Of a stretch of DNA of 64,000 nt, positions 36,489 through 45,935 are shown one piece after another (position 1 is the first letter of the stretch; each line of letters begins with the position of its first letter). The position numbers and the translations under genes are program-made. This stretch comes from a bacterium (GTDB lineage: Bacteria > Patescibacteriota > Saccharimonadia > CAILAD01 > GCA-016700035), in NCBI GenBank assembly GCA_020854115.1, contig JADZGC010000011.1, positions 5,057 through 69,056 on the forward strand, in the 5' to 3' direction. The notes under the pieces are model-generated. The model ran no database searches and had not been told where the DNA came from. It saw only the letters and a list, made by a program, of their open reading frames with translations.

Positions 36489-37799
36489 ATGCCTACGACC
36501 AAGACCGAACCCGTCTGGAAAGACGCGGAATACGCGACGATCGCTAAACGGACGAATCGCAGCTTGATTGCTGCCTTCAGGCCGAGTAAAGAGAGTGAAG
36601 CTGAACAGCGCGGCTTGTTCCTGGCTGGTGAACGGCCAGTACCGAATTTTTCGTGTCCCAAGCTGGAATCAACTGCCTATAAGCCTACGACCGATGAACT
36701 TGAGTCGTTATTGGCCGACTGGAAGGACGATTCGCCGCTAGGACGTATCTACCAGCGATTCTTGGGCGAGAACTTTCTCGTCAATGTCATCGCTGATGCG
36801 GCCAAGAAGGGCGACATGCGACTTTTTCGTCGAACCAATCAGATGCTGGGCTACGTGCCGGATGGGAAGCTATTCCGCTCGATCGTGGCTGACATTCGTC
36901 GACGTGCTGAAGCCACTCTCGATGACACAGCAATTCGTCCCCTCGCAAATGCGCTCCTCGATACTCTGCCGAACGCAAGTGAAGCAGACATCTTGTTGCC
37001 ATCGGAGGAGCACGTGCGTGCTGCTTTCCCTGCTATGCTGGCATTGTGTGAGTCCCTCCATCTCCCTACGGACGTCGACTTCGATGCGGTGTGGGATGCA
37101 TATGAGCTAGCTCGGGTACTGCAGGCATCACTCGATACAGCAGGCGCCACTGGGTGGTCGGTCATAGTGACCGATGAGCAGCAACGCATCTCGGTTTCGC
37201 GTACTGACAAGCTAGCGAAGATCCCCGTCACGCGAAAGCTGCATGGTCGAGATGCTTATGCTGTCATCGCGCACGAGCGTTTGCATATCGAGCGCGGCCT
37301 GCGTGGTGCTGCGAGCGGTTACTACTTCCTGCAGTCAGGAACAGCTGGTTACATCGAAGGCGAGGAAGGGACAACTCTCGCTCTAGAGCAGGCTCTCAAG
37401 GGACGAGCCAACCGCCATGCGCGTGAGGACTACTACCTCGCGATCGCGGCTGCCAATGGATTCGTCACGAATGGCTTCATGACTTTCGAGCAGGTCCATC
37501 GGCTGATGCGCACGTATTACGAGTTCGTTGCCGAGGAGCCGGATCGTGAGCGAGAGTCTACGGAGAGTCCCGAAGAAATGGCTTGGATTCAGACTCTACG
37601 TACGTTCCGTGGTACGGATTGTAAGGGCAATGGCGCCTACTACGGCAAAGATATCGTCTATGCCAAGGGTAATCTTGGTATCTGGCAGCTGCTCATCGAG
37701 GATCCTTCAGCGGCGCAGACCTTCATGGTCGGGAAGTTCAACCCAATGAATCCGGACGATGTTCGGGATCTGACCGAGCTCGGACTTATCGCGACCTAG
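36489..37799 (+). CDS. DUF1704-like zincin (HExxH) protein, putative carboxypeptidase
   Basis: HERLH motif. Family resemblance to the tyrosine/phenylalanine carboxypeptidase-type DUF1704 proteins that neighbour RimK-like ligases. Slightly elevated GC by eye. Confidence 0.6.
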   Translation: MPTTKTEPVWKDAEYATIAKRTNRSLIAAFRPSKESEAEQRGLFLAGERPVPNFSCPKLESTAYKPTTDELESLLADWKDDSPLGRIYQRFLGENFLVNVIADAAKKGDMRLFRRTNQMLGYVPDGKLFRSIVADIRRRAEATLDDTAIRPLANALLDTLPNASEADILLPSEEHVRAAFPAMLALCESLHLPTDVDFDAVWDAYELARVLQASLDTAGATGWSVIVTDEQQRISVSRTDKLAKIPVTRKLHGRDAYAVIAHERLHIERGLRGAASGYYFLQSGTAGYIEGEEGTTLALEQALKGRANRHAREDYYLAIAAANGFVTNGFMTFEQVHRLMRTYYEFVAEEPDRERESTESPEEMAWIQTLRTFRGTDCKGNGAYYGKDIVYAKGNLGIWQLLIEDPSAAQTFMVGKFNPMNPDDVRDLTELGLIAT

Positions 37800-37847
37800 T
37801 GACGTATGCCGCATTCTCACTTCTTGTGGGAGTGCGGCAGTTTTTAT

Positions 37848-38540
37848 TTATCCACGCTTTTGTGAGTAAAAATTACGAAAGATCGTGTACTTTACCCACG
37901 GTCGATACAGACGCTTGGCGCTGTATGGGTGGACGAAGAATCGGTCGGGCGTTTCTTGTTTGACACGTCGCCAAATGGTGCGCAGGGTTTGGCGCGGAGT
38001 CTTCTCGGGATGGAATTGCATACCGAAGACTGGCTTGCTCTCATGCTCGTAGGCCTCAATCGTGCAGCGCTTGCTACTACCGATGACCCTGAAGCCGTGC
38101 GGCAGGCGCTTGATGTGGCCCGAGTGATTTGCGAATGATACGAAGCGCGAAGGCAGCCCCTCGAAGAGGCGACTTGGTCCGTTGCGCATGATTTCGATCC
38201 AGCCGATTTCTTGTTGATCATGGCGCTCGAGGTCGCTTAAGCCAAGGAGGCTCGTGATGATCAGCTCGTGTCCCAGGCAGATACCAAGCATCGGAATGTT
38301 TTCTTTGTAGGCTTTGCGAATGAGTTTCTGAATGCGCTTGTAGACTTTCAAGTCATCCATCGATGAGACGATATTCCCTCCAGTGAGGATGATGTGCGTG
38401 AAGCTATCGAGTTCGGTAGGCAGTTCTTCTTCGGTAGGGCGGACAACCGTTGCGCGAGTCAGCTTGCGAGGGCGAAATGCCATACAGTGCTTACAAGGGC
38501 GGACGTGGTTGTTATCGATAATGAGGACATGTCGGCGCAT
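37848..38540 (-). CDS. class I glutamine amidotransferase-like protein (peptidase C26/gamma-glutamyl hydrolase-like)
   Basis: Nucleophile elbow GICLGHE, HSGH and FGMQFHPE motifs. ATG at 38540 (MRRHVLIIDNNH) preferred. Confidence 0.75.
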   Translation of the reverse strand: MRRHVLIIDNNHVRPCKHCMAFRPRKLTRATVVRPTEEELPTELDSFTHIILTGGNIVSSMDDLKVYKRIQKLIRKAYKENIPMLGICLGHELIITSLLGLSDLERHDQQEIGWIEIMRNGPSRLFEGLPSRFVSFANHSGHIKRLPHGFRVIGSSKRCTIEAYEHESKPVFGMQFHPEKTPRQTLRTIWRRVKQETPDRFFVHPYSAKRLYRPWVKYTIFRNFYSQKRG

Positions 38541-38738
38541 AGTTCTTATAGTAACGTATCGGAGCGATTCGGGCGACACAGATTGACTTGTGGCTGATTT
38601 TCAGGTTAAATAATATGGTTCTTATGAGCCATTAGCTTAAGTTAGTTGTTGTGCTTTAGTGCGCCTTCCATCTTTGCCACAAGGCAGGTGTTTATGGCTA
38701 GAAAACGAAACATCTACATGGCTGTATAATCAGCATGT

Positions 38739-38815
38739 GGGCCATTAGCTCAGTTGGTTAGAGCACCTGCCTTTTAAGCAGGGTGTCCTGGGTTCGAGCC
38801 CCAGATGGCCCTCCA
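38739..38815 (+). tRNA. tRNA-Lys (anticodon TTT)
   Basis: GGGCCAT acceptor stem, CTTTTAA anticodon loop, TTCGAGC T-loop, CCA end. TATAAT at 38725-38730 just upstream. Confidence 0.9.
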
Positions 38816-38821
38816 CTTACT

Positions 38822-39436
38822 ATGACTACCAATGACACATTTTTTCAATCTAAGATTGAGGAGTACCAAGAGAAATTTCGAGAGCATCAAGGCTCACCTC
38901 AGTCTTTGAAATGGACAGATCGCGTATCTGCAGAAGCGCGATATGCACAGCTTGTTGCAGACATTGATTTTAATGGGAAAACCATCCTTGATGTAGGTTG
39001 CGGGTTTGGTGATATCTCTGAATTCATCTCGAGCAAAGCAGGTAATTATACGTATGTAGGTATCGATATGGTGCCTGAATTTATTGAGGTCGCAAAGCAG
39101 CGTTATCCTGAGCATACATTTATCGAAGGGAATTATTTCTTAGAGCCGTTGCCTGATATGCATGATATTGTGATGTGTTGCGGAGCGCTCAATTCAAACA
39201 TGGATGATCCGATCGGCTTTCGTAAGCAAGCAATTCAGACGATGTGGCAGCATGCCAACGAGGCGGTTGTATTCAATATGGCAGGGCGGCATCCTAGGCC
39301 AAATTATTCTGCAAAGAGCTCAATATATTATGCTGATTCGCTTGAGATTCTAGACTTCTGCACTACGCTCACAACAAAGGTAATACTTCGACAACACTAC
39401 TCCAAAAAAGATTTCACGATCGTTCTTTATAAATAG
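38822..39436 (+). CDS. class I SAM-dependent methyltransferase
   Basis: Motif I ILDVGCGFGDIS. ATG 38822 chosen because the longer ORF overlaps the tRNA. Confidence 0.75.
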   Translation: MTTNDTFFQSKIEEYQEKFREHQGSPQSLKWTDRVSAEARYAQLVADIDFNGKTILDVGCGFGDISEFISSKAGNYTYVGIDMVPEFIEVAKQRYPEHTFIEGNYFLEPLPDMHDIVMCCGALNSNMDDPIGFRKQAIQTMWQHANEAVVFNMAGRHPRPNYSAKSSIYYADSLEILDFCTTLTTKVILRQHYSKKDFTIVLYK

Positions 39437-39450
39437 CGAATTGTATTTAG

Positions 39451-39708
39451 GTGGGTGGGTCGTCTAATCTGCTATCCTCTCATATCTCTCGTGAAATAAG
39501 GCACGCCTTAAGCGGTTTTGCTAGGCGAGGGTTTGGCTCCGTAAGGGTCACGGTCATAGTGCAGGGAGTGGCATGGAAGACGTCAATATTTCCCGATTCG
39601 AAGGAGGGGGCATATATCCTACCTATCAAGAAAGACGTGCGCAAGCAGATCGGTGTTGATGTAGGTGATAACGCCGAGTTTCGCCTGATTATTGATGATA
39701 TTCAATAA
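39451..39708 (+). CDS. DUF1905-like small protein
   Basis: 85-aa pattern VRVTVIVQGVAWKTSIFPD...YILPIKKDVRKQIGVDVGD typical of DUF1905. Family call is from memory. Confidence 0.5.
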   Translation: MGGSSNLLSSHISREIRHALSGFARRGFGSVRVTVIVQGVAWKTSIFPDSKEGAYILPIKKDVRKQIGVDVGDNAEFRLIIDDIQ

Positions 39709-39752
39709 TAGTACGAACAAATACCGCATCTTTCCGCTATACTAGTAAGCCT

Positions 39753-41024
39753 ATGAGACAAGACTTGGCACTCAAGATTATGCTTGATGGTGAATCGGTG
39801 CTCCTTACGGGTGCAGCGGGTTCGGGCAAGACATACGTGCTACAAAAATTCATTAAGCAGGTGCGCAAGCAGGGCAAGAGTGTCGCAGTGACAGCTACTA
39901 CTGGGTTGGCTGCTACGCACCTCAATGGCAGTACTATTCACTCCTGGAGCGGGATTGGCATTCATCACATTTTGTCGCCGAAGTTTGCCGAGACGCTGTC
40001 AAGATCGCGCCGTGACACCATCCAAAAAGCCGATGTACTGATTATCGATGAGATCTCGATGCTGCATGATTATCGACTCGATATGGTTGATGATGTCTGT
40101 CGGGCGGTGCGTGAGTCCGCCGAACCTTTTGGCGGTTTGCAGGTTATTCTGTGCGGTGATTTCTTCCAGCTACCACCGATCAATCGATCGGGCGAGCGCG
40201 AAGGGAGATTTGTCATCAATGCCTTTGTGTGGGAGGAACTTAATCCTGTGATTTGTTATCTCGATGAGCAGCACCGTCAGAATGAAGGGATGTTTCTCGA
40301 GATTCTCAATGCGATGCGCGCAGGAGATGTGCGGCGAAATCACGCCGAGAGTTTGATGGAGCGCCAGTTTGCCGAGCTTGGCTATGGTGTTGATGTGACC
40401 GAGCTACATACGGTAAATGTGGATGTCGATCGCATCAATGCTGATAAATTGGCTGAGCTTGAGACGGAATCGCGTACTTTTACTGCTACGCCATCTGGAT
40501 CGGCGCAGTATTTGGAGACCCTGCGTCGATCATGCTTGGCAAGCGATGAGCTTGAGCTCAAGGTTGGTGCGCTGGTAATGTGTATCCGTAATAGTCAGGA
40601 TAAGAAGTATGTAAATGGCTCGCTTGGTACGGTAGTGGGGTTTGAGAAGGCAACTCACTGGCCTGAGGTAAAATTGCACTCCGGCAAGACGGTGACGATC
40701 GGCCCTGAAACGTGGGAGCTCCGTGATGGCGAGAAGCTGCGTGCATCGCTGGCACAAATACCACTACGTTTGGCGTGGGCGATCACTGTCCACAAGAGTC
40801 AGGGGATGACGCTCGATGCCGCACGGATTAATCTCAAGCGAGCATTTGTCGAAGGGATGGGCTATGTCGCGCTGTCACGTGTGCGATCACTTGGAGCATT
40901 AAGCCTTACAGGTATCAACAATATGGCACTGCGGGTGAGCCCTGATGCATTACGTATCGATACTGATCTACGTGCGGCGTCCGAGCAGGCGGTTGCTGAG
41001 TATAGCTCCTCGGCTGCATCGTAA
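39753..41024 (+). CDS. PIF1/RecD-like SF1 DNA helicase
   Basis: Walker A GAAGSGKTY, LIIDEISM, QLPPI and the C-terminal VHKSQGMTLD motif. Confidence 0.85.
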   Translation: MRQDLALKIMLDGESVLLTGAAGSGKTYVLQKFIKQVRKQGKSVAVTATTGLAATHLNGSTIHSWSGIGIHHILSPKFAETLSRSRRDTIQKADVLIIDEISMLHDYRLDMVDDVCRAVRESAEPFGGLQVILCGDFFQLPPINRSGEREGRFVINAFVWEELNPVICYLDEQHRQNEGMFLEILNAMRAGDVRRNHAESLMERQFAELGYGVDVTELHTVNVDVDRINADKLAELETESRTFTATPSGSAQYLETLRRSCLASDELELKVGALVMCIRNSQDKKYVNGSLGTVVGFEKATHWPEVKLHSGKTVTIGPETWELRDGEKLRASLAQIPLRLAWAITVHKSQGMTLDAARINLKRAFVEGMGYVALSRVRSLGALSLTGINNMALRVSPDALRIDTDLRAASEQAVAEYSSSAAS

Positions 41025-41290
41025 GCTATTCAGGCCTTATAAAACGCTCATGGTACAATGAGCGTGATATGCAGCGAGTTCATCGCATACCTGGGATGAT
41101 ATTCTGGCCGTGCTCTGTAGCAGTACTTTTTTGTTGGCTGTATCTGGTGGCATGGTTGGTTTTGCATTACTTTGGTGTGGCAGATGTGGGGAATAACCCC
41201 TTCGAAGCTATACCTCGACTCTGGCAGAACACAGCTTTTTCTAATTAGTTGTGCTTGCGAGCACAGATTGACAATCTGTAGCATACAGAC

Positions 41291-42697
41291 ATGAAGCGAA
41301 CACATATCCTGGTTGCGGCTGTCTTGGCGTGGCTGAGCGGTATCGTGTTTGCTGCGAACTACATTACTCAGGTGAAAGTATGGCAGGTAACGATTGTAGT
41401 GATTTTCGCGGTCGTGGCGTCGAGAATCCTTTCGAATCGGCTCATCGTATGGCCTGTCATTTTGCTCGGGGTGATTCTTGGGATTATGCGAGGACAGATG
41501 TACTTTACCGATCAGCGATGGTATGACGTCTCGGATGTGGTGGGCCGGCGTGCGACAGTAACTGGTCGTGTGGCCGACGAGCCAGGATGGAATGATGACC
41601 GACTCTATGAATTTTATCTCGCTGATTTACGGGTGGATGGTCGAGCAACCCCGGGTCTACTCAAAATTAAGTCGCAGGTGGGTAATGTGCAGGAAGGTCA
41701 GTGGCTCGAAGTGCAGGGCAAGATCGGGAAGGCGCTGGGTCGGGCGCCGGCGCAAATATGGTACGCCAAAGTCGTCGTTATTGATTCGCGTCAACCATAT
41801 CCCATCCGCCTGAAGCAGACATTATCTCAGGGTCTGGCAGCGGCACTGTCACGTGAGCAGGCTGGACTTGTGCGTGGATTGTTGTTTGGGGGTCGCGCTG
41901 GCATTTCAGATTCGCTCGAGAGCGACATGCGGATTGATGGACTGTCGCATATTGTTGCCGTCTCAGGGTATAATCTCACGATTATAGTTGCAGCCTTGAT
42001 GCTGATCATGAAACGAAAATCACCGATCAGTCTCATCGCATCGCTGGCGGCAATCGGCTTCTATGTTGTTATGACCGGCTTCGCGGCGTCGATTGTACGC
42101 GCGGCAATTATGGGTACGGTGATTTTGGTGGCTGCGCATGTGCGCAGACAAGTCTCTCTGTGGTCGGCGCTGGTGGTGACGGTGTGGGTGATGACGGCAT
42201 ATGCGCCAAATTATCTCCTCGGCGATATGAGTTGGCAGCTTTCGGTTTTGGCGCTTGTTGGAGTATTGGCAGTCGTGCCACGCATCGAGAATGCCGTGGG
42301 GTGGCGAGCGCTGATTGGCGAATTTTTTATCGTGTCCTGCGCGGCTCACCTGGCAACAGCGCCATTGATCGCATATCGCTTTGGTACGATGTCGTTGATA
42401 TCTCCCATCACCAACCTTGTGATCCTGCCCTGGATACCACTTTTAATGCTTGGGGGTGTGATTGTGGCGTCGATTGGAGTAATAGCTCCGTTGTCGGCAT
42501 TTACGCTCTCCTGGCCGCTACGAATGCTGCTCGATGTAGTTCTGCGGCTCATCAAATGGTTTGCACAATGGCCATATGCTCAGCTGACGTTTGGCGAAAT
42601 CAGTCTCGCAGGAGTGCTACTAAGCTATGTCTGCCTATGCAGCATCTTAGCAATATCGCTCATACACTCTAGAAAAAGAGCCTCAAAAACGGTATAA
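41291..42697 (+). CDS. comEC: ComEC/Rec2-family DNA uptake channel protein (no metallo-beta-lactamase domain)
   Basis: DUF4131-like N-terminus and the competence domain (LVRGLLFGGRAGISDSLESDMRIDGLSHIVAVSGYNLTII). Ends after the membrane domain. Confidence 0.75.
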   Translation: MKRTHILVAAVLAWLSGIVFAANYITQVKVWQVTIVVIFAVVASRILSNRLIVWPVILLGVILGIMRGQMYFTDQRWYDVSDVVGRRATVTGRVADEPGWNDDRLYEFYLADLRVDGRATPGLLKIKSQVGNVQEGQWLEVQGKIGKALGRAPAQIWYAKVVVIDSRQPYPIRLKQTLSQGLAAALSREQAGLVRGLLFGGRAGISDSLESDMRIDGLSHIVAVSGYNLTIIVAALMLIMKRKSPISLIASLAAIGFYVVMTGFAASIVRAAIMGTVILVAAHVRRQVSLWSALVVTVWVMTAYAPNYLLGDMSWQLSVLALVGVLAVVPRIENAVGWRALIGEFFIVSCAAHLATAPLIAYRFGTMSLISPITNLVILPWIPLLMLGGVIVASIGVIAPLSAFTLSWPLRMLLDVVLRLIKWFAQWPYAQLTFGEISLAGVLLSYVCLCSILAISLIHSRKRASKTV

Positions 42698-42756
42698 TAC
42701 ACCTGATATGGTCAAGTAATTTGAGTGGTCAACATGGAGATAAATAGGAACGAAAC

Positions 42757-43497
42757 ATGAGCGGACACAGTAAGTGGCACAGTATTAAGCACAAAAAAGG
42801 TGCAGCTGACGCGAAGCGTGGCAAAATATTTACGAAGCTTGGCAACGAGATAGCGCTGGCGGCACGAGATGGCGCTGATCCAGAAATGAACTTCCGGTTG
42901 CGTTTGGCTGTAACGAAGGCCAAGCAGGCTAACATGCCAGCTGCAAACATAGAGCGCTCTATTGCGCGCGGTGCAGGCACAGCTGGTGGAGCAGCTTTAG
43001 AAGAGCTGACGTATGAAGGCTATGGTCCCGCTGGTATTGCTGTCATGGTGCAGGCTTTGACAGATAATCGCAATCGCACAGCCGCAGATGTGAAGGCTGC
43101 CTTCTCGAAGCATGGTGGGTCGCTAGGCGGGCAGGGCAGCGTTGCATATATGTTCGAGTCAAAAGGCGTGATTTATTGCAAAGAATCTGCTGACAAGGAC
43201 GAGCTGAGCCTGGTTGCAATCGAAGCCGGCGCTTCGGACATTGATGATTCAGGCGATCAGCTGGTCGTCTATACGGCTCCTCAAAGCTTGGAGGCCGTGA
43301 AGACCGCAGTTGGCGAACATAATGTAGAGTCAGCTGATGTCGAGCAGATTGCCAGTCAGACGGTTGCAGTTGATGATGAACAAAAAGCTCGCACAATCAT
43401 GCGTCTGATGGATGCTCTGGAAGAACTCGATGATGTGGCAAATGTAACGGCCAACTTTGATATCCCAGAAGAAGTTCTGGAGCGCGTTAGCGCTTAA
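42757..43497 (+). CDS. yebC: YebC/PmpR family DNA-binding transcriptional regulator
   Basis: MSGHSKWHSIKHKKG...RGKIFTKL conserved N-terminus. Confidence 0.9.
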   Translation: MSGHSKWHSIKHKKGAADAKRGKIFTKLGNEIALAARDGADPEMNFRLRLAVTKAKQANMPAANIERSIARGAGTAGGAALEELTYEGYGPAGIAVMVQALTDNRNRTAADVKAAFSKHGGSLGGQGSVAYMFESKGVIYCKESADKDELSLVAIEAGASDIDDSGDQLVVYTAPQSLEAVKTAVGEHNVESADVEQIASQTVAVDDEQKARTIMRLMDALEELDDVANVTANFDIPEEVLERVSA

Positions 43498-44352
43498 TTG
43501 ACTCTGCTCATACAGTGCTTATGCTTGAAGTTTGACTTAAAAATCGGGATAACCAGGACGTCCTATCCGCACCTCCTACCCCGAAGGTAGTCCATGGATG
43601 TTCTGCCTACCCTGATTGTCCCCCAAGAACCACTCCACGAGCAGCGTGGCTGGGTCGAAATGACCTATCGACGACACAAGCGTAGACTCAAGCATCTGTC
43701 GGTTACCAGATACCGCATCGACTGTTGTGTGTAGCGGGCGAACGCATTGATCCTGGATCGGTGTGTCTCTACATCGGTAGTAGAGAGATTTTCTGTATCA
43801 ATCAGGATTTTGTTCGCAAAGTTTCGCCGCTTCCAGAGGCTTGCTGCCCGTCTGGGCGCACGAACTAGAAAGGGATTAAGCATGCTTGAATCGCCATGGC
43901 CAGACCTCACAAGAGAGGAGATCGTAGCTCAGTTTGAGGCTATCTCACGCTTGCGGAGCACCAAGAAATTCTCGACTTCGAACTCGACGGCGAGGATACG
44001 CTTGGAGCAGTCTGTGCTACTCTGGTTGATAAGGGGCTTGACTGTGATGTCATCCTTGAACAAGTCGGCGCTCACGTCGTAATTCCGCGCCTAAGCCAAT
44101 AAGGAGATCTAATGGTTGCGCCGCCTGCAGAGATCAAGCGCAAGTTACGGCGATATATCGATGCAGAGGATTTTGGGATCGCTGTCGGGGAGATGGGGAT
44201 CCAGAAGAGACCCTAGCTATGGCATATGAATATCTGGCAGATAGCGGCTACGGTGCTGAGATAGTCTTGCGAGAGGTTGGTCTTTGGACAGAAACTTTGC
44301 GCCTTTCCGAATGGGTAGGGCGTTTTTAATTGAAACGAGTATACTTAGGGGC

Positions 44353-44811
44353 ATGGTTATTATTGGTATCGATCCCGGCACGGCGACGACGGGTTTCGGC
44401 GTGATAGAAGTTGATGGACACACGCGTCGCGCGATTGATTATGGAGTGATTTCGACTGACAAGTCTCTCGAACACGCCAAGCGTCTGCAGATTTTGTACC
44501 GGGACTTACAGCATTTACTGAACAAGCACGCACCGAGTATCGCCGGGGTAGAGAAACTGTATTTTTCGACCAATGTGACGACGGCCATGAAGGTCGGTGA
44601 GGCACGCGGTGTGGTGCTGCTTGCCTTACAACAGGCAGGTGTATTAGTGCATGAGTTTACGCCATTGCAAATTAAGCAGGCTACCACGGGTTATGGTCGG
44701 GCAAAGAAGCCGCAGATGCAGCAGATGGTACAACGCCTTCTGGGGCTCGATGCAATACCGAAGCCCGATGATGCTGCTGACGCACTAGCTATAGCCCTAG
44801 CTGCAGCATAA
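44353..44811 (+). CDS. ruvC: crossover junction endodeoxyribonuclease RuvC
   Basis: IIGIDPGTATTGFGVI N-terminus, catalytic Asp/Glu, C-terminal ...DDAADALAIAL. Confidence 0.9.
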   Translation: MVIIGIDPGTATTGFGVIEVDGHTRRAIDYGVISTDKSLEHAKRLQILYRDLQHLLNKHAPSIAGVEKLYFSTNVTTAMKVGEARGVVLLALQQAGVLVHEFTPLQIKQATTGYGRAKKPQMQQMVQRLLGLDAIPKPDDAADALAIALAAA

Positions 44812-44815
44812 AAAA

Positions 44816-44841
44816 CCACGTTAATTGATGTATCAACGTGG
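44816..44841 (-). terminator. hairpin terminator (U-tract on the minus strand)
   Basis: CCACGTT-N12-AACGTGG flanked by AAAAA on the plus strand, i.e. TTTTT on the minus strand. Confidence 0.4.
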
Positions 44842-44988
44842 CTAAAGAAGAATTGGGCGCGATTTTTTAGTAGCGTCTAAGCAAGTAGGCCTCGCGTAGT
44901 CGTTGAGGTCGCTTGAGAATTCGCTCGAGGAGCTGCCGGTGTGCCTGCTCGGTGCACTTGCTGGTGTGTGCTGAGTTGGAGATCAGTA

Positions 44989-45255
44989 TCATGAGACATT
45001 AGACAGGTTGGCTGTCGAATGGGTCGTCCGTCTCTGTCGGCGAATCCATCGCCGTTCTTGTTCGCTCATGCCGCCCCATATACCGGATCTCTCACCAGAT
45101 GAGAGGGCAAACTCCAGGCAATCCTTGCGAACGGCGCAACCTCGACAGATACTCTTGGCTTCCGCGGTGCTGGCACCTCGTTCTGGAAAGAACAGGTCTG
45201 GGTCGGTGCCAGAACAGTTACTAGCCAGTCTCCAGCTATCTTTTATTACAGTCAT
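44989..45255 (-). CDS. WhiB-like (Wbl) Fe-S cluster transcription factor
   Basis: Four Cys in C-x(n)-C-x2-C-x5-C arrangement (NCSG ... CRGCAVRKDC), the GIWGG turn and a basic tail (RRWIRRQRR). Confidence 0.8.
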   Translation of the reverse strand: MTVIKDSWRLASNCSGTDPDLFFPERGASTAEAKSICRGCAVRKDCLEFALSSGERSGIWGGMSEQERRWIRRQRRTTHSTANLSNVS

Positions 45256-45371
45256 ACATGCTCCCTAGGTACAGCGGGTTAAATCGCCAATGGGCTTATA
45301 TGTAGATTACCTAAAAAATACAGGTGAGACAAGACTGCCGTTTATGTAAAACGTTCGGTATAATAGAAGGG

Positions 45372-45935
45372 ATGTTAGCTTTGCTACAGGGTGAGGTGGT
45401 TTTGCGAGAGGGCGACGAGATCGTGCTCATGGTTGGTGGTGTGGGCTATGAAGTGAGCGTACCGATGCGGGTCTTGAGTGATCTTGTTGAGGGTGAGGTG
45501 GTGACGCTTTATATTGCTGAGAACATCCGAGAGGATGCATATGAGCTCTTTGGGTATACGACAGCAGAAGATAAGCGTTTGCATAAAAAACTCGTGGGGG
45601 TACAGGGCGTGGGCGCTAAACTTGCGCACGCTATACTTTCACATTATGACGCTGAAACTTTGCGCGAGCTGATTGAAGGCGAGGATCTGGTGCGGCTTGG
45701 GATGGTGAGCGGGGTTGGGAAGAAAACTGCTCAACGCATTCTCCTCGACCTTAGGGGTAAGCTCGTCACTACAACGACGAGTACATCGCGTGCTGAAGCG
45801 AACGATCCAGCACTCTTGGCACTCTTGCAGCTCGGATTCTTGCGCGAGCAGGCTGAGCAGGCACTGCTGGAAGTTGATAGTGAATTAGAGACAGGCGAGA
45901 GGATACGACAGGCCTTGAAAGGAATGGGGCGATGA
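45372..45935 (+). CDS. ruvA: Holliday junction branch migration protein RuvA
   Basis: OB-fold N-terminus ([10 protein letters not shown]), two HhH motifs ([17 protein letters not shown]), C-terminal RuvB-interacting domain. ATG 45372 preferred. Confidence 0.9.
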   Translation: MLALLQGEVVLREGDEIVLMVGGVGYEVSVPMRVLSDLVEGEVVTLYIAENIREDAYELFGYTTAEDKRLHKKLVGVQGVGAKLAHAILSHYDAETLRELIEGEDLVRLGMVSGVGKKTAQRILLDLRGKLVTTTTSTSRAEANDPALLALLQLGFLREQAEQALLEVDSELETGERIRQALKGMGR

